64,000 nt of DNA from Fistulifera solaris. Lineage: Eukaryota. This document shows positions 61,289-64,000 of the stretch, one piece after another; within the stretch, counting starts at the first letter, position 1; every line of letters begins with the position of its first letter. The DNA is taken from NCBI GenBank assembly GCA_030295235.1, contig AP026153.1, forward strand, positions 124,001 through 188,000. The letters are read 5' to 3'. The notes below the pieces were generated by a model. The model saw nothing but the letters and a program-made list of their open reading frames with translations. It did not search any database and was not told the origin of the DNA. Position numbers and translations under genes: made by a program.

Positions 61289-62033
61289 ATGCATCGAATA
61301 AATTGCTTCACAATTATCTTTTGTTCGTGGCTCTCTTGGTTCGCTTTCGCGCGAGACGTTCCCATGAAAAAAGCCATGCCTCCGCAAATGGACCCCATTC
61401 CGTACGTTCCATAAGTAATCGTGCTTGTGCACCTCTATCGTTGTCTCACCTTTTTCTTTCCGCAGAACACTCCCGGAAATCACGCAGCGGGTTTATTTTC
61501 AAATTTCGATTGACGGAGCAACACCGCAAAAAGTCGTCTTTGGATTGTTTGGGAACATTGCTCCGAAAACCGTCGAGAATTTTGTTGCCTTATCGACCTG
61601 CCGGATTCAAGAACCCGGAATATTGACGGGAAAATCACTCTGTTACCGAAATACAATCTTTCATCGCATTATACCGCATTTTGCCTTGCAGGGTGGAGAT
61701 TTCTCGCACGGCGATGGCACCGGTGGTGAATCGATTTATGGGGGACGATTCGAAGATGAATCCTTTGCCGTGAAATTCAATCGTCCCTACCTATTGGCCA
61801 TGTCCAATGCCGGACGAAACAGCAATGGCTCCCAATTCTTTATAACGGTCGTCAAAGCGCAATGGCTCGACAATCAACATGTCGTGTTTGGGACAGTGTT
61901 AGAGGGACGAGCGTTCATTGATGAATTGGAAGGATGGGGGACGTATGGTGGAATGACGCAGGGGAAAATTGAAATTGTCGAGTGTGGGGAAGAGCCATTG
62001 CAACCCGAAGACAAGGAACCTCATTACGGCTAA
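61289..62033 (+). CDS. cyclophilin-type peptidyl-prolyl isomerase with a signal peptide
   Basis: Exon 61289-61401, intron 61402-61465. Motifs PKTVENF, FHRIIPHFALQGGDF, NGSQFFIT and WLDNQHVVFG. Confidence 0.92.
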
Positions 62034-62200
62034 CGAGAGGATTTTAATGGAAGGGTTGCTACAAAACTACCGAACGGAGAAACAAATTCTCTCCTGTCGA
62101 TGTACGCTTGCAAGTAATTAAGCAATCAATGTTTCACTGTTTCTGTTTTTATACTTTTTAAAATCCACCAAACTACTTTTTTTCCTTTGATTCTTTTGCA

Positions 62201-63924
62201 TTAAATCAAATCGGCCACGTCCATGGGCATTTCGGTAATTTCCGTATTGTAGAATTGCTCAATATCACGCAAATAGCGGACATCATCTTCGGCCAAAAAG
62301 TTAATGGCCACACCCTTACGACCAAAACGACCCGAACGACCGATGCGGTGAATGTAGTTCTCACGGTTCGTGGGCAAGTCAAAGTTGATGACCAAAGACA
62401 CTTGCTGCACATCAATACCACGAGCCAACAAATCCGTCGTGATCAGGACACGCGAAGAACCGGTACGGAACTCTCGCATAATAATGTCACGCTCGCGCTG
62501 GTCCATGTCTCCGTGCATGCACGAGACGGTGAAATCGCGCTTCTGCATCTCTTCTTGCAACCAGTCGACCTTGCGTCGGGTGTTGCAGTAAATAATGGCT
62601 TGCGTGATAGTCAGCGTCTCGTACAAATCACACAAGGTATCCAACTTCCACTCCTCCTTGTCTACGGCAATGTAGAATTGCTTGATACCTTCAAGGGTCA
62701 ACTCGTCCTTCTTGACCAAGATGCGGACGGGTTCGCGCATGAATCGCTCCGTCACTTCCAAGACGTCCAACGGCATGGTCGCGGAAAAGAGACACACTTG
62801 CACCGATTCGGGCAAGAACTTGAAGATATCATAAATTTGATCTTTGAAACCACGCGACAGCATCTCATCGGCCTCATCCAAAAAAAAACTGTTTAATGTG
62901 GTCGAGACGGAGGGCCCGACGGTTGATCATGTCGTATACACGTCCGGGAGTACCGACTACCACGTGCACACCGGCTTGCAAGGTGCGAATGTCATCGCGG
63001 ACGGCGGTTCCACCGACACAGGCGTGCACGGCAATGTCCATGTAATCCCCCAAGGCCAAAACGACCTTTTGAATTTGCTGGGCCAATTCACGTGTGGGGG
63101 CCAAAATGAGTGCTTGACATTCCTTGACTTTTGGGTCAACCTTGGCAAGAGTACCAATGGCGAATGTAGCCGTTTTGCCCTGTGAAAGAGAGGAAAAGTA
63201 GTGAGAGTGTGTAGGGGGGGATGCATCGACACTTTCACAGGAACAAACAAACGAATGAAGGAACCATCAAGGTGAAAGAATAGGTCCGTTTTCGAGTTAA
63301 TTGATTGTTATCAGACACATCGAGGGTAACTCTTTTCAGACTCGAAAGATGGTGTATAACAGAATTCATCATCCCTATTTATTCTAACAAGAGCATATAC
63401 ACAAGAATAGCACGTACCGTTCCCGACTGCGCCTGCGCAATCAAATCCCGTCCCAACATGGTGGGCTTGATCGCTCGTTGCTGAATTGCCGAAGGTTTCT
63501 CGAAACCGTAGGAATAAATTCCGCGCAACAATTCTTCCGGAATCTCCATGGCATCAAACGTTTCAATGGCTTCATCCCAATTCGAATCGAAATCGGCATC
63601 CGTCAATCCGCCGGGAGGAGCGGCCGCGGCTTCGCCCCCTTCATTTACTGGTTCATCTCTATCAAAGTAGTATTAGTATTAAAGTGTTGAATAGAGGAAA
63701 AATTGACAGAAAATGAGACTTGGACGGGCAGGAATACAGCAACGACAGCGGGCGCGCAGCGAGAAAAAATGAAACCTATTCAAACGAGTTCCCGACGATA
63801 AAGACACGTTTTGAGCGCCCCTCGCTCGGCCCTGGAAGTCCTCGTGCGACGCTTTCCTGTGAAGCCCTTTCAACGATTCAGCATCGATTGCTACAACCAA
63901 CACGTACCGTGGATCTTCGCTCAT
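62201..63924 (-). CDS. eIF4A: translation initiation factor eIF4A (DEAD-box helicase)
   Basis: [36 protein letters not shown] and [13 protein letters not shown]. Exons 63908-63924, 63418-63658 and 62201-63179. One extra base in the A-run at 62880-62888. Confidence 0.97.
63305..63378 (-). ncRNA. intronic box C/D snoRNA, snR39B/SNORD2-like
   Basis: Box C ATGATGA (63372-63366), guide CACCATCTTTCG complementary to LSU rRNA CGAAAGAUGGUG, box D' CTGA (63339-63336) and box D CTGA (63314-63311). Lies inside the 238-nt eIF4A intron. Confidence 0.8.
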
Positions 63925-64000
63925 GGTGCAATGCACACTTATGAGAGAGGAGAGCGAACGTAAAACAAGGCGCGCATTATTGTGTGGATAGGTGCATTGA

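Noticed and set aside
700..62890. Numerous frameshifts suggesting programmed frameshifting, RNA editing or mass pseudogenisation
   Set aside because: Most sit in homopolymer runs, occur as both +1 and -1, and hit essential conserved genes such as eIF4A (62880-62888) and AFG1 with no other decay. This is typical of uncorrected long-read indels, and short-read polishing would confirm it.
62255..63185. Long + strand ORFs (213 aa and 113 aa) overlapping eIF4A
   Set aside because: Antisense shadow of a codon-biased, highly expressed gene, with no protein motifs.
63659..63907. Second long eIF4A intron (249 nt) as a snoRNA host
   Set aside because: I could not find convincing C/D boxes or an H/ACA layout by eye. 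An Infernal scan would be needed.

Overview
This is gene-dense eukaryotic DNA from a diatom, probably pennate. The evidence is short GT-AG introns, bipartite plastid-targeting presequences (xxA/S-F), and diatom-typical families such as the 'NNEGV...AAPAA' protein, a type II LRR protein and a DUF1800-DUF1501 fusion. About 35 protein genes are present, including an AzgA permease, NDH-2, AFG1 ATPase, TMEM43, Trx z-like thioredoxin, bestrophin, cyclophilin and eIF4A. Many genes, including essential eIF4A, are broken by single-base indels in homopolymer runs, so the assembly looks like unpolished long-read data. The main finding is a five-member family of small secreted proteins that I do not recognise: four genes in tandem at 25.5-30.0 kb and one at 51.9-52.5 kb. 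They share a phase-1 intron in the signal peptide, an LF[QE]RxL propeptide motif, one unpaired N-terminal Cys, an optional Pro/Thr/Ser linker and an 8-Cys domain with hypervariable loops. Other highlights: an snR39B/SNORD2-like box C/D snoRNA in an eIF4A intron, with a stem covering that intron's 3' splice site; an NXPE/PC-esterase-like protein; a divergent SDR dehydrogenase/lactonase pair; an LRR-TSP3 fusion; a low-GC gene-free island with a decayed duplication; and recurrent period-7 microrepeats in intergenic DNA. All family assignments come from motif recognition by eye; no database search was run.
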